The notes beneath the pieces were generated by a model. It ran no database searches. It was given only the letters and a program-made list of their open reading frames with translations, and was not told the DNA's origin. Both the position numbers and the translations under genes were made by a program. A stretch of DNA of 64,000 nucleotides from Acidimicrobiia bacterium (GTDB lineage Bacteria; Actinomycetota; Acidimicrobiia; Spongiisociales; ZC4RG35): assembly GCA_965215185.1 (NCBI GenBank), contig OZ244034.1, forward strand, positions 1,728,001-1,792,000. Reading direction: 5' to 3'. Position 1 is the stretch's first letter. Each line of letters starts with the position of its first letter. This document shows, piece by piece, positions 49,082-59,187 of this stretch.

Positions 49082-49780
49082 ATGTTGTCTCTGAGAGAGC
49101 GAGCCGGACTGCATGCCGCGCTGGGCGATGCCATTCGCCTGGCGGTGGTGGATCCTATAGCGCTGGGCGACCTGGGAGTGGAAGAACTAAAAGAGATCAC
49201 CGGCGTGGAAGGAAATCTCCTGGCCCATCACCTGAAGGTTCTGGAAAAGGCTCGCCTGGTAAGCCGCCGGACATCAGAAGGGGACGGGCGGCGAAGATAT
49301 GTCTCGTTACGCCACGGCCGCCTGTTCGAACTAATGGCCAGCCCTGCCCTGGACGCTTGTCGGGTGCTGTTCATGTGCGTCCACAACTCGGCCCGCTCCC
49401 AATTTGCGGCAGCCCTGTGGAAAGAAACAACCGGCTATCCGGATATCAGCGCCGGAACCCGTCCCGCTGCGGCGGTCCATCCCCGGGCCGTGGAAGTGGC
49501 GGCGGAACTGAGCATCGACCTGAGCGGCGCGGTCCCCAAGGGCTACCGACAGATCGACCCGGCCCCTGACTTGGTGGTCTCAGTGTGTGATCGCGTCCGT
49601 GAATCAGGCGCCCGGTTCAATGCCCCCCAACTCCACTGGTCGGTCCCCGACCCCGTGGCTCAAGGTGACGCTGCGGCTTTTCGACAGTCTTTCGAAGATA
49701 TCACCCATCGCATGGAGCGGCTGATTCACGCAACCAGGACATCCGCCAACCCCGCACCCAAAACCAATCCAATCCAGTGA
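49082..49780 (+). CDS. ArsR-family HTH fused to an LMW-PTP/arsenate reductase domain
   Basis: HAALGD..RL...LLAHHLKVL; CVHNSARSQ (Cx5R); HWSVPDP. Confidence 0.88.
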   Translation: MLSLRERAGLHAALGDAIRLAVVDPIALGDLGVEELKEITGVEGNLLAHHLKVLEKARLVSRRTSEGDGRRRYVSLRHGRLFELMASPALDACRVLFMCVHNSARSQFAAALWKETTGYPDISAGTRPAAAVHPRAVEVAAELSIDLSGAVPKGYRQIDPAPDLVVSVCDRVRESGARFNAPQLHWSVPDPVAQGDAAAFRQSFEDITHRMERLIHATRTSANPAPKTNPIQ

Positions 49781-49793
49781 AGGAGCGCCAACC

Positions 49794-50438
49794 GTGCCAT
49801 TAGAACTTTCCACCGAAGAGACGTTCCTGGTTCGCCAGGCGGCGGTAAGGCTGCAGAACCAGTTCCATGGCAAACTCAACACCGAAACCGTCGAGCGTTT
49901 CATGACCGATTCGCTGGACCACTTGTTGCAAAAGGCCACCACCACCACCACCTGGATAGTGCTGCTGGCCGAACGGTTCGCCGCGCAGCGACTGCGGGCC
50001 GTGGTGCGTCTGCAGACCAGTCCCACCATCCTGAACCCGAGCGTCCTTTTCCTGTGCGTGCACAACGCCGGACGATCCCAGATGGCGGCCGGGTTCATGC
50101 GCGTTTTGTCCGCAGGAATGGTGGACGTCTTCACCGGCGGGTCGGAGCCTGCCGATGACATCAACCACACCGCCGCCCAAGCCATGCTGGAGAAGGGCAT
50201 CAACATCAAGGGTGAGATCCCCCAGCCCTGGGCCGATGAGATCGTTCGAGCCGCCGATGTGGTGATCACCATGGGATGCGGTGACGCCTGTCCCATCTAT
50301 CCCGGCAAACGCTACATCGACTGGGAAGTGGACGACCCCGCCGGAAAGACTCTGGAGAAGGTCCGTCCGATCCGTGACGACCTCGAACAACGGGTCCGTA
50401 CCCTGTTGGCCGACTTGGACGTCGAGCCGGTCTGGTAG
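49794..50438 (+). CDS. arsC: Arsenate reductase with N-terminal three-helix bundle (ArsC1'-like)
   Basis: ETVERF...LAERFA extension; CVHNAGRSQ; MGCGDACP; W.VDDP. Confidence 0.9.
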   Translation: MPLELSTEETFLVRQAAVRLQNQFHGKLNTETVERFMTDSLDHLLQKATTTTTWIVLLAERFAAQRLRAVVRLQTSPTILNPSVLFLCVHNAGRSQMAAGFMRVLSAGMVDVFTGGSEPADDINHTAAQAMLEKGINIKGEIPQPWADEIVRAADVVITMGCGDACPIYPGKRYIDWEVDDPAGKTLEKVRPIRDDLEQRVRTLLADLDVEPVW

Positions 50439-50447
50439 GCCGCTCGT

Positions 50448-51956
50448 TCAGCTAGTCGAACCGGCCTTGGGGCGGGCTTTTTTGCCGTTGAGCACGGCGC
50501 CGATCGGCGTGTAGCGCACAAACGCCTGATAGCACAGCAGCGAGAAGGCCGTCACTCCCGCGGAGATGATCAAAAATTTGACGCCGGCCCCCAGGTTCCA
50601 GTCACGCACCATCAACTGGGCTGCTATTACCAGCGGCAGATGCACCAGATATATCCAGTACGAGGAGTCGGACAAATAACGCACCCCCCGACGCTCCCGG
50701 GGAAGCAACACCCGGAACAACCCCATCAGGCCAAAGCACATCCCCCAGGCGTACAGCACCTGCAGAGCCGCGGCCACCGTCCACTGGAAATCCACAAAGG
50801 TGAAATACAGCCCGCCAGGCAGGACTATCAGAAACGAGACTGACAGAATCAGCCACCACGGCCGCCCGATGGCGTCGACCATCAACTCTCCCTTTCGGCC
50901 CCGACGACCGTACATCAAAGCGCCGAAGGTGAAAAAAGCAGCGTAATAGATCAGCACATGGGGAATAGGCAGCAGACCGGTGGAGGTGTCCGGCCCAAAG
51001 ATGGGATAGGCGCCGCCGTCGGCCATGCGAAGCTGCGGAACCAGGGTCAGGGGGACCATCAACCACATCAACCACCGCGACCAAACCCTTTCACCGGGTC
51101 CTCGCCGGCCAGTCATCGCAGCCACTATCGCAAAACCTGCCACCAACCACAGGAGAAACCACAGGAACCAGAGGTGATGGAATCGGTCGATCCAGGTCGC
51201 AAGACCGTCGTTTCCGCCGGTTTCCTCCGCGCCCTTTCCCCAACCGGGGATTTGCGACCACCGCACCCCCTCAGGTAGAGGCTCGCCTCCCCCGTAGTCG
51301 ACCAGCAAATCGGCCGCCTCCTCATGGCCGAAGTGAAAGGCCAGCCCCAACGGGGTCTCGCCCTCCGAGGCGAAGGCGACCGAGGTCGGCTCGGCGCCCC
51401 GGGACAGCAGCAGTTCCAACATCTCGACGTCGCCCGTGAAAGCTGCGGCGTGGAGAAGGGTCCAACCGCCCGGCTCGGTACGCATGTCAACATCAAAGCC
51501 TCGGTCCAGCAAACCCTCAACACCGGAATCGTCGCCCACAAACACCACGGCGAATATGTCATCTTCTGCCACTGATGCCTTCACTCCCGAGGCGAAGGCC
51601 TGCTCGCTTACCCAGTCTGTCGCCGGAATGATGGTCACCAAGCCGATGATCAGCGGTATCGCCACCCGGCGGAGACGATGACCCAAAAGCGAACTCAGGC
51701 CGCGACGACGCCACAGCATGGAGGTGAAGAACCCGCTCATCAGGAAGAACACCGGCATTCGGAATCCGTGCACCGCCCAGAAAAACTCGTCGTAGGGACC
51801 GTCAAGACTGGAGGTACGGTCTTGCACCACCCAGAACGCCGGGAAAAACGCCAACGAGGTGTGCAACCCGATCCCCAGCAACATGGCGAACCCCCGCAAA
51901 GCGTCAAGGTCATACCGGCGACCCGGCACCGCCGCCGGGATTTCAACAGAACTCAA
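50448..51956 (-). CDS. Acyltransferase-3 (OpgC/MdoC-like) membrane protein with an inserted ankyrin-repeat domain; start uncertain
   Basis: RRYDLDALRGFAMLLG..LH, FRMPVFFLMSGFF, HLWFL, SYWIYLVHLP; ankyrin motifs GWTLLHAAA..G..EMLELLL.RGA and GETPL..A...GH. Confidence 0.85.
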   Translation of the reverse strand: MSSVEIPAAVPGRRYDLDALRGFAMLLGIGLHTSLAFFPAFWVVQDRTSSLDGPYDEFFWAVHGFRMPVFFLMSGFFTSMLWRRRGLSSLLGHRLRRVAIPLIIGLVTIIPATDWVSEQAFASGVKASVAEDDIFAVVFVGDDSGVEGLLDRGFDVDMRTEPGGWTLLHAAAFTGDVEMLELLLSRGAEPTSVAFASEGETPLGLAFHFGHEEAADLLVDYGGGEPLPEGVRWSQIPGWGKGAEETGGNDGLATWIDRFHHLWFLWFLLWLVAGFAIVAAMTGRRGPGERVWSRWLMWLMVPLTLVPQLRMADGGAYPIFGPDTSTGLLPIPHVLIYYAAFFTFGALMYGRRGRKGELMVDAIGRPWWLILSVSFLIVLPGGLYFTFVDFQWTVAAALQVLYAWGMCFGLMGLFRVLLPRERRGVRYLSDSSYWIYLVHLPLVIAAQLMVRDWNLGAGVKFLIISAGVTAFSLLCYQAFVRYTPIGAVLNGKKARPKAGSTS

Positions 51957-52300
51957 GAGTTGGACCCGATCATTATTTTGTAGCTGCCCTCCTACGATCT
52001 GCCGACGACACCGTGCGCGATTCCCATTGACAACCGAGTTGTTCCTGGAAATCATGCATTTTGGCACCAGAGATCGAATGTCGTCGGTGTGGACCACAGT
52101 ACCGGACCTCACTCGCAAACTCGGAGGCCACCGAACGACCCGCAGCGGCGTGCTCCAGCCGATTCCAATGGGGTCGGCGAATCGGGTAAGCTTTAGAACA
52201 CCTGATTCCAGGATCCCCTGCTCGTGCCGGGGATCTTCGACTCCGCTCATCGAGCTTGCAAATCCGACCCATGGTCGGCGTCTTATTCATGAGAAACACT

Positions 52301-54172
52301 ATGGATGAATCCCCATATCTGGTCACGCGTTCCGACCTGCGCAATGTGGCGATCATCGCTCATGTGGACCACGGCAAGACCACCCTCGTGGATGCCATGT
52401 TGTGGCAGTCCGGAGCCTTTCGGTCCAATGAAACGGTCGCCGAGCGCGTCATGGACTCAATGGACCTGGAGAGGGAAAAGGGCATTACGATCCTCGCCAA
52501 GAACACCGCCGTCCGCTACTTTCGCGACAGCGGCGAAGAGATCAAGATCAACATTGTCGATACGCCGGGCCACTCCGATTTTGGTGGTGAGGTCGAGCGG
52601 GCCCTGACCATGGTGGACGGTGTCCTCCTGCTGGTTGACTCAAGCGAGGGACCGCTTCCCCAGACGCGTTTTGTTCTCCGCAAGGCGCTGGCGCTGAAGC
52701 TGCCCGTCGTATTGGTGATCAACAAGATCGATCGGCCTGATGCCCGCATCTCGGAAGTAGTCGACGAAGTGTACGAATTGTTCCTCGACCTGGACGCCAC
52801 CCCAGAACAGATCGAATTCCCAATCGTTTACACCAACGCTCGCCGGGGCACGGCAACACTCGATCTCCTACAGGAGGGCACCGACCTGCGCCCCCTGTTC
52901 GAAACGCTGCTCGACACCGTGCAGGCGCCCCGGCACAATCCGGAGCATCCACTTCAAGCCTGGATAACCAACCTTGACTCCAGCCCCTACCTTGGTCGCA
53001 TCGCGATGTGTCGCGTCATGCACGGAACCATTAAGAAGGGGCAGAGCGTCGCCTGGTGCCGCACCGACGGAACCACCACCACCGCCAAAATCACCGAGCT
53101 TTACGTCACCGAGAGTCTCAACCGGGTAGACGCCGAGGAAGCTGGCGCCGGGGAGATCATCGCCATTTCCGGCATCGCCGACATCACTATCGGTGAAACA
53201 ATCGCCGATCTCGCCAACCCCACTCCCCTTCCGGTTATCAAGGTGGACGAGCCCAGCCTGTCGATAACAATGGGAGTCAACTCGTCTCCCATGGCTGGAC
53301 TCGACGGCGATAAGCTCACCGCCCGCCTCATCAAGAATCGCCTCGACGCCGAACTGGTCGGCAACGTGTCGATTCGAGTATTTGACACCGACCGTCCCGA
53401 TACCTGGCAGATTCAGGGACGAGGCGAACTTCAGCTAGCAGTGCTCGTGGAAATCATGCGCCGCGAGGGCTTTGAGATGACCGTCGGCAAGCCCAAGGTC
53501 GTCACCCGCATCATCGACGGGAAACTCCACGAGCCAACGGAGCGCCTCACCATTGATATCCCAGAGAATTTCGTTGGCTCGGTAATCCAACTCCTCGGCC
53601 AGCGCAAAGCTGACTTGGTGAACATGTCGAACCACGGCGCGGGCTGGGTTCGCTTGGACTACATCGTGGCCGCCCGTGGTCTCATCGGCTTCCGCACCGA
53701 ATTCCTCACCGAGACCCAGGGCACCGGCCTCATGGCCAACGTGTTCGAGGGCTACCGCCCCTGGTTGGGCGAGCTTCACACCCGTCGTTCGGGTTCCATT
53801 GTCGCCGACCGCCAGAGCGAGGTTACCAGTTACGCCATAGTCGCCCTACAGGAACGGGCTTCGCTGTTTGTCGCTCCCGGCGACGATGTCTACGGGGGCA
53901 TGGTCGTTGGTGAGAACCCGCGCCCCGAAGACATGGACGTCAACATCTGCCGGGAGAAGAAACAGACCAACGTCCGCGCCTCTGGTTCCGACAACACCGT
54001 CCGCCTGACCCCACCCCGCGTCTTGTCGCTTGAGCAGGCTCTCGAATTCATCGCCGATGACGAATGCGTTGAGGTTACCCCTAACGCTATTCGCCTCCGC
54101 AAGTTGATTCTCGACGCCGGCACCAGAGCCCGCCACAGGAAACGCCGCCAGCACACCCGGCTCGGCGTGTAA
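52301..54172 (+). CDS. typA: Translational GTPase TypA/BipA
   Basis: AHVDHGKTT, EREKGITI, DTPGHSDFGGEVER, GRGELQL, EVTP..IRLRK. Confidence 0.97.
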   Translation: MDESPYLVTRSDLRNVAIIAHVDHGKTTLVDAMLWQSGAFRSNETVAERVMDSMDLEREKGITILAKNTAVRYFRDSGEEIKINIVDTPGHSDFGGEVERALTMVDGVLLLVDSSEGPLPQTRFVLRKALALKLPVVLVINKIDRPDARISEVVDEVYELFLDLDATPEQIEFPIVYTNARRGTATLDLLQEGTDLRPLFETLLDTVQAPRHNPEHPLQAWITNLDSSPYLGRIAMCRVMHGTIKKGQSVAWCRTDGTTTTAKITELYVTESLNRVDAEEAGAGEIIAISGIADITIGETIADLANPTPLPVIKVDEPSLSITMGVNSSPMAGLDGDKLTARLIKNRLDAELVGNVSIRVFDTDRPDTWQIQGRGELQLAVLVEIMRREGFEMTVGKPKVVTRIIDGKLHEPTERLTIDIPENFVGSVIQLLGQRKADLVNMSNHGAGWVRLDYIVAARGLIGFRTEFLTETQGTGLMANVFEGYRPWLGELHTRRSGSIVADRQSEVTSYAIVALQERASLFVAPGDDVYGGMVVGENPRPEDMDVNICREKKQTNVRASGSDNTVRLTPPRVLSLEQALEFIADDECVEVTPNAIRLRKLILDAGTRARHRKRRQHTRLGV

Positions 54173-54310
54173 CGCACCGGCTAAGAGCGGTTTAAGAACC
54201 GTCGGCGCCGCGGTGCTGACAACCAAACCATCACGGTGGACTGGTCCAGAGGGATTGTTCTTAACGTAGGACGCTTACGAGGCGTCAACCGTGCCCCCAC
54301 CCAAAGGCGA

Positions 54311-54344
54311 AGCCCAAGCCTGAGCAACGGCTCTGACCTGGGCT
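54311..54344 (-). terminator. Hairpin downstream of tRNA-fMet
   Basis: Minus strand AGCCCAGGTCAGAGC-CGTT-GCTCAGGCTTGGGCT, interrupted stem. Confidence 0.45.
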
Positions 54345-54348
54345 AACT

Positions 54349-54425
<77 letters not shown>

Positions 54426-54492
54426 GTGTGAATGCTCAATCATAGTGGCCGGCCTCAAACCCCCACAACCAGGTTTGGCGGCCGTTCTTCTC

Positions 54493-57402
54493 TCAGCCGG
54501 AGGTGCTCAGCGCCCTCTGCACCAGCCTGGCGGCCTCATCTATCAAACGCTGATACTCCGCCAAGTCTCCCTTCACAAGAGCCTCGTTGGCCCCCTCGAA
54601 AGCGTCCGATGCCTGGGACAGCAACTCTATCACCGCACTCGACAGGGGGACCTGCTCATCGGTTTCGTCTACACCCTCCTCCCGGTCTTCCGGTGCAGGT
54701 GCAGGCCGATCATCCGATCCGAATATCTTGGCCAATGCTCCTTCCAGGGTGTTGTCCCATTCGATGTCATCTCCATGCACCACCACTACCCGGCGGAACT
54801 CGGGGAGACCTCCAGATTCGGCTTCCAGGTAGACGGGCTGAACATAGAGAACCGACTCGTCCACGGGGACTACCAGCATATCTCCCAGCACTACCGCCGA
54901 GCCCTGGCCCCTCCACAAGGTGAACTGCTGGGAAATCTCATCGTCCTGGTCGATCCGGTTACCCACCTGGCCGGTTCCCTCCACCAGCGACCCCTGCGGC
55001 ATGCGATAGTCGAGCAGCCTTCCGTATCGTTCCGGGGTGGAGTCGGCTAGGAGGAACGCCGACATGTTGGGTTTTTCCAACGGGTTGTAGGGCTGCAACA
55101 GCACATAGGAAGTGTCATCTTCACCAGGAATTGTCATTAACAGGTAGTAGGGCAACATCTCCGTGTCGTAAACGACGGAAAACCCCTCCGGGCTGATCCG
55201 GTCGCCCCGCAGCAGTTCAATACGCCGAATGGTGGAAGGGTCGGTGGGAATCGACCAGGCATCATTGCGTTGGAAGAACTGAGTCACATCCACCATGTGA
55301 TAGTCGAGATACAACTCGCTTTGGATCTTGAACAGGTCTTGGGGATAGCGAAAGTGTTCATGCAGACCCGGCGGTATCTTGCTGGCGTCCGTGAACAAGT
55401 CCGGGTACACCCTCCGCCAAGCAGCCACCAAGGGATCCGTTTCGTCCACCACATAAAGCCGGATAGTCCCATCGAAAGCGTCGACGGTGGCTTTCACCGA
55501 GTTTCTTATGTAATTGAAGCCCGACAGGGGAAGCTGCGACACACTCGACAGGCGAGCGGTGTCAAAGCCGCGCAACCCTACTCCGATCGGCTGAGAATAC
55601 GGATAATCCCCACTGATAGCGTACATGTCTACCACCCAGATGATTCTGCCGTCCAGTACCACCGAATAGACGTCGGCGTCAGCTACCAGGAAGGGCGCCA
55701 CCTGCTCTACTCGACTCTGAACATTCCTCTGCATGAGCACCCGACTGTCGGGGTTGATCTGGCTGGAAATCAGAATATTGAGATCACCGTAGCGGAGAGC
55801 AAAGGCCAATCGACGCAGAATCCCCGAGATCTCGACTCCCGCTTCCCCGTCGTAACTGTTGGTGCGGTTGTCGGCTGCTCCTCCCCCACCCTCTTCGGTG
55901 GCAGGATAATCGATCTCCTGTTGTACGGTCCCCGAGCCCACGATAACCGGACGACCCCGCTCATAAGTCTCACCAAAGTAGATCCGCGGCTGGGTCAGTT
56001 GCAGGAGGGGCTCGGTGGTCTCAGGTGGAATGTCGCTAAGCAGGAATTCGGGCTGGCCGTCGACCGCCACGACATTTGCTGGACTCAGCACCGCTCCGAA
56101 CCCGTGGGTATACACCAGCCGCTGATTTTGCCAATCCTGGGCGGGGATGTTGGGCTCATCCAGCTCACGCAGCGCCAACATCACTTGGGTGTCGGTTCCA
56201 CCGATCGGGTATCGGTCGGTATCCACATGATCCACCCGGTAGTAGGTGCGAATCTCCTGGAGCTGCTGATAGGTGCGGTTGAGGACGTCGGGGTCCCACA
56301 GACGAATGTTCCTGATCGTCGCATCGTTACGAGAGATATCGGTGGCATCCAGATCGAAGGAACCGTCGAACGAGCGCACTTCCACCTCGGACAGGCCGTA
56401 CGCGGCGCGGGTGGCGGCAATGTTGCGTTCTATGTAGGGGCCCTCTCTCACCAACTCGTTGGGCTGAACCTGGAATCGCTCAACGATGGCCGGGTAGGCG
56501 AATCCGGCCGCCACCGAGACAAACAGCCAGGCGGCCACCGACACCGCGACCAGGACCCACCCCCGGCGCCAGATGTTGATTATGAAGAGGATGGCGGAGA
56601 ACACCGATACCGCGATCAAGAGGTTGAGAGCTGGGAGCCGAGCGTTGATATCGGTGTAACCGGCACCGAAAACGCTGTTATTGGAATAGAGCAGTTCATA
56701 TGTGTCTATCCGATAAGAAAGAGCTCGCAGCAGGGCGATCGCCGCGGCCAGCGCCGACAGATGCGCCTTGGCTTGGGTGTCAAACCGCGGTAGGCGGCGT
56801 ACAGGAAACTTGATGCCCCCCAGAGCAAAGTAGCTCAATGCCACTGTTACCAAGACAGCGATCGCCACCCCGGTCAGCCAACCGACCATGGTCGACCAAA
56901 GCGGGAGCCGGAACATGAAGAACGACAAGTCCAAACCGAACTGCGGGTCGGTCGTCCCGAAGGGCTGGGAGTTTAGGAAAAGAAGCACCTGGTCGCGCCA
57001 GGCAGACACCCCGATGCCCAACACCAAGGCGGCACCCCCGGCGGCCACCCACTCCACCAACCCTCCTCTCATGCTGACCGCTTGCCGGATCTGAGCCACC
57101 GACTGATCCTCGGGGACCGTGCTGAATGAGGCGAACCGTACCGACAGATAGCGGGCCAGTCTCATGTTCCCCCACACCACCAGGAAGACGACCAGCGCCC
57201 CCAAGAGGCCCAGGGAGGCAGCCCACACCCATCGAATCCACCAGACTCCCGTCTGACCCACGGTGCTGAACCACAGATAGTCGGTCCACACTCTTGACAG
57301 TGCGGTAAAGACTCCGTAAATGATGGCAATGCCCATCATCACCCAAACAAAGCGGCGACGACGTGGGGGCTGAGTCCGGCTGGTGCCGGCAGGGAAGAAC
57401 AT
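54493..57402 (-). CDS. UPF0182 family membrane protein
   Basis: WTDYLWF, DPQFGLDLSFF.F.LP, GAGYTD, YTHGFG, NYIRNSVK, RYP.DLF; typical position next to tRNA-Met. Confidence 0.94.
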   Translation of the reverse strand: MFFPAGTSRTQPPRRRRFVWVMMGIAIIYGVFTALSRVWTDYLWFSTVGQTGVWWIRWVWAASLGLLGALVVFLVVWGNMRLARYLSVRFASFSTVPEDQSVAQIRQAVSMRGGLVEWVAAGGAALVLGIGVSAWRDQVLLFLNSQPFGTTDPQFGLDLSFFMFRLPLWSTMVGWLTGVAIAVLVTVALSYFALGGIKFPVRRLPRFDTQAKAHLSALAAAIALLRALSYRIDTYELLYSNNSVFGAGYTDINARLPALNLLIAVSVFSAILFIINIWRRGWVLVAVSVAAWLFVSVAAGFAYPAIVERFQVQPNELVREGPYIERNIAATRAAYGLSEVEVRSFDGSFDLDATDISRNDATIRNIRLWDPDVLNRTYQQLQEIRTYYRVDHVDTDRYPIGGTDTQVMLALRELDEPNIPAQDWQNQRLVYTHGFGAVLSPANVVAVDGQPEFLLSDIPPETTEPLLQLTQPRIYFGETYERGRPVIVGSGTVQQEIDYPATEEGGGGAADNRTNSYDGEAGVEISGILRRLAFALRYGDLNILISSQINPDSRVLMQRNVQSRVEQVAPFLVADADVYSVVLDGRIIWVVDMYAISGDYPYSQPIGVGLRGFDTARLSSVSQLPLSGFNYIRNSVKATVDAFDGTIRLYVVDETDPLVAAWRRVYPDLFTDASKIPPGLHEHFRYPQDLFKIQSELYLDYHMVDVTQFFQRNDAWSIPTDPSTIRRIELLRGDRISPEGFSVVYDTEMLPYYLLMTIPGEDDTSYVLLQPYNPLEKPNMSAFLLADSTPERYGRLLDYRMPQGSLVEGTGQVGNRIDQDDEISQQFTLWRGQGSAVVLGDMLVVPVDESVLYVQPVYLEAESGGLPEFRRVVVVHGDDIEWDNTLEGALAKIFGSDDRPAPAPEDREEGVDETDEQVPLSSAVIELLSQASDAFEGANEALVKGDLAEYQRLIDEAARLVQRALSTSG

Positions 57403-57745
57403 CAGCCTCCCATTCTACACCTGCTGAACCATGCATATCTCCGAGCCTCTGACCAAAAGTCCGAACAAGCGCATGGAGACAATCGGAGGCTATCCGGGAC
57501 GGACTATCTCTTGTTGATCCAAACTTCCGTTTCCAACCAGTCGAAACGTGATGTCGCACCCCCGTCACCAAATGCGACTGCCCATCGAGGATTTGGCTGT
57601 AAATCACCAGTGCGGTGGCTGCACCTTAAAGCCGGTTTAGGCAGGACCTGCGTGGATTCACGAACACTTTCAGGAACTCTCTCTTCCGATTGCTTGGCCG
57701 GAACGAAAGAAGAGCAGGGGCCCTCCGGTGTCCGGCGCTCCCGGC

Positions 57746-59187
57746 TTATTCGTGATCGGAGTGGTCGTGCAGACAAGTGGGGTGAAGATTCCCTATCGGG
57801 CTGGAGCCGTATGCCCACCACCACCATACGATGCCGTTGTTTGTATGCCTATGGCCCCAGTGCCCTCTTTCAAGACCCCAGGTCCCGTTGTCTTTCTTGA
57901 GGGGTCCTACATAGAGGTAATAACCTATGTCACGATCGACGTGGTCGTGCGGTGCGTCCATTACATCACAGCGATTACTGGTCATGGCCACCGTCCTCCA
58001 ATAGGACTGCACACCACTCCAGTAACCCGGGTCATTCACGCAGGTGTTCCACACAGGGTCATCATCAGCAGGGCCGAATTCGCATTCCTTAATACTGTTA
58101 CTGCTACCCCCATCGTTCTCGCTGTTACGGCTGTTACCGCCGCTGTTGCCGCCGCTGTTACCGCCGCTGTTGCCGCCGCTGTTGCCGCCGCTGTTGCCGC
58201 CGCTGTTGCCGCCGCTGTTGCCGCCGCTGTTGCCGTTATTGCCGTTATTCCCGAGTTGCACATTCTCTTCGGCATCCTCGTTGGTCGTTACATCCTGCCC
58301 GTCCTCACCATCATCACCCTCACCGTTATCACTCTCCCCGTCTCTTACCTGCACGTCCTCACCATCATCCTGCACGTCCTCACCATCATCCTGCACGTCC
58401 TCACCATCATCACCCTCGTCCTGCACGTCCTCACCATCATCACCCTCGTCCTGCACGTCCTCACCATCATCACCCTCACCCTTACTTACCTCCACAACTT
58501 CTCCAGCCTTACCATCATCGCCTTCATCTTCCCCATCACCGCTCTCACCACCTCCTTTAACACCCCCTTGCTCATCCTTCACGTCTTTCTCCTGATCCCC
58601 GCCGTTGCCTTCATCGTCACTCTTCAGATCGATCGGTATGACGCCGGGCCCACCATTTTCATCGTACCCGTACCCACCTTGACCATCCTGCCCATCATCG
58701 CCACCCTCACCATCATCGGCACCCTCGCCATCATCTTCATCCACTCCCATCATCGGCACCCTCACCATCATCGGCACCCTCGCCATCATCATCCACCCCA
58801 TCATCCACCCTCACCATCATCTCCTTCTTGCTCTTGCTCATCTTCGGGACCATCACCATCAGGTTGGCCCGCATCAGAAGGCGTCGTCGTGTCGGTAGTT
58901 GTGGAAGCACTGGCAGCAGTCGTAGTGGTGGAGGTAGCCGATGGCGCCGTAGTCCCAGAACTAATTACATCGGTGTCATTGCTAGTGTCATCGGCAGCAC
59001 TAGTTGAAGCGCCACCCTCCAAAGCAACAAAGGTCTCTCCATCGGTATCCAGAGATTCGAAAAGAGAGTATGCGATCAAACACAATGCAGCAGCCACGAA
59101 CACAGCAATCAAAACCCTCCTTCTCCTTTGAGAAGGTGAGGCAGGGTCGCGGCGCTTGGTCTTGAAGATTTTCATCAGTTTCACCAA
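57746..59187 (-). CDS. Membrane-anchored low-complexity protein (TM, Thr/Ser linker, Asp/Glu/Gly repeats, GGNS repeats, Cys/His/Trp-rich C-domain), interrupted by two frameshifts near 58805 and 58746
   Basis: ORF 58801..59187 has RRRR plus a hydrophobic helix and ends in EGDDGEGG; the DDGEGA repeat continues in shifted frames into ORF 57746..58804. Confidence 0.7.
58130..58234 (-). repeat. 12-bp tandem repeat (GCTGTTRCCGCC) x8 plus a partial copy, encoding GGNS
   Basis: Read directly from the sequence. Confidence 0.95.
58348..58470 (-). repeat. Five copies of 21-bp CCTGCACGTCCTCACCATCAT (DDGEDVQ), two junctions with a 9-bp spacer
   Basis: Copies at 58348, 58369, 58390, 58420, 58450. Confidence 0.93.

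Noticed and set aside
58130-58470. Tandem repeats as a CRISPR array
   Set aside because: Units are 12 or 21 bp, contiguous, in frame and without unique spacers; no cas genes.
57728-59131. 467-aa hydrophobic plus-strand ORF spanning the repeat locus
   Set aside because: Antisense shadow of the GAT/GGT-rich repeats. Its composition switches (IITLV to HHRHP to PSPSS) exactly at the minus-strand frameshifts, and the minus strand has a coherent anchor-stalk-domain layout.
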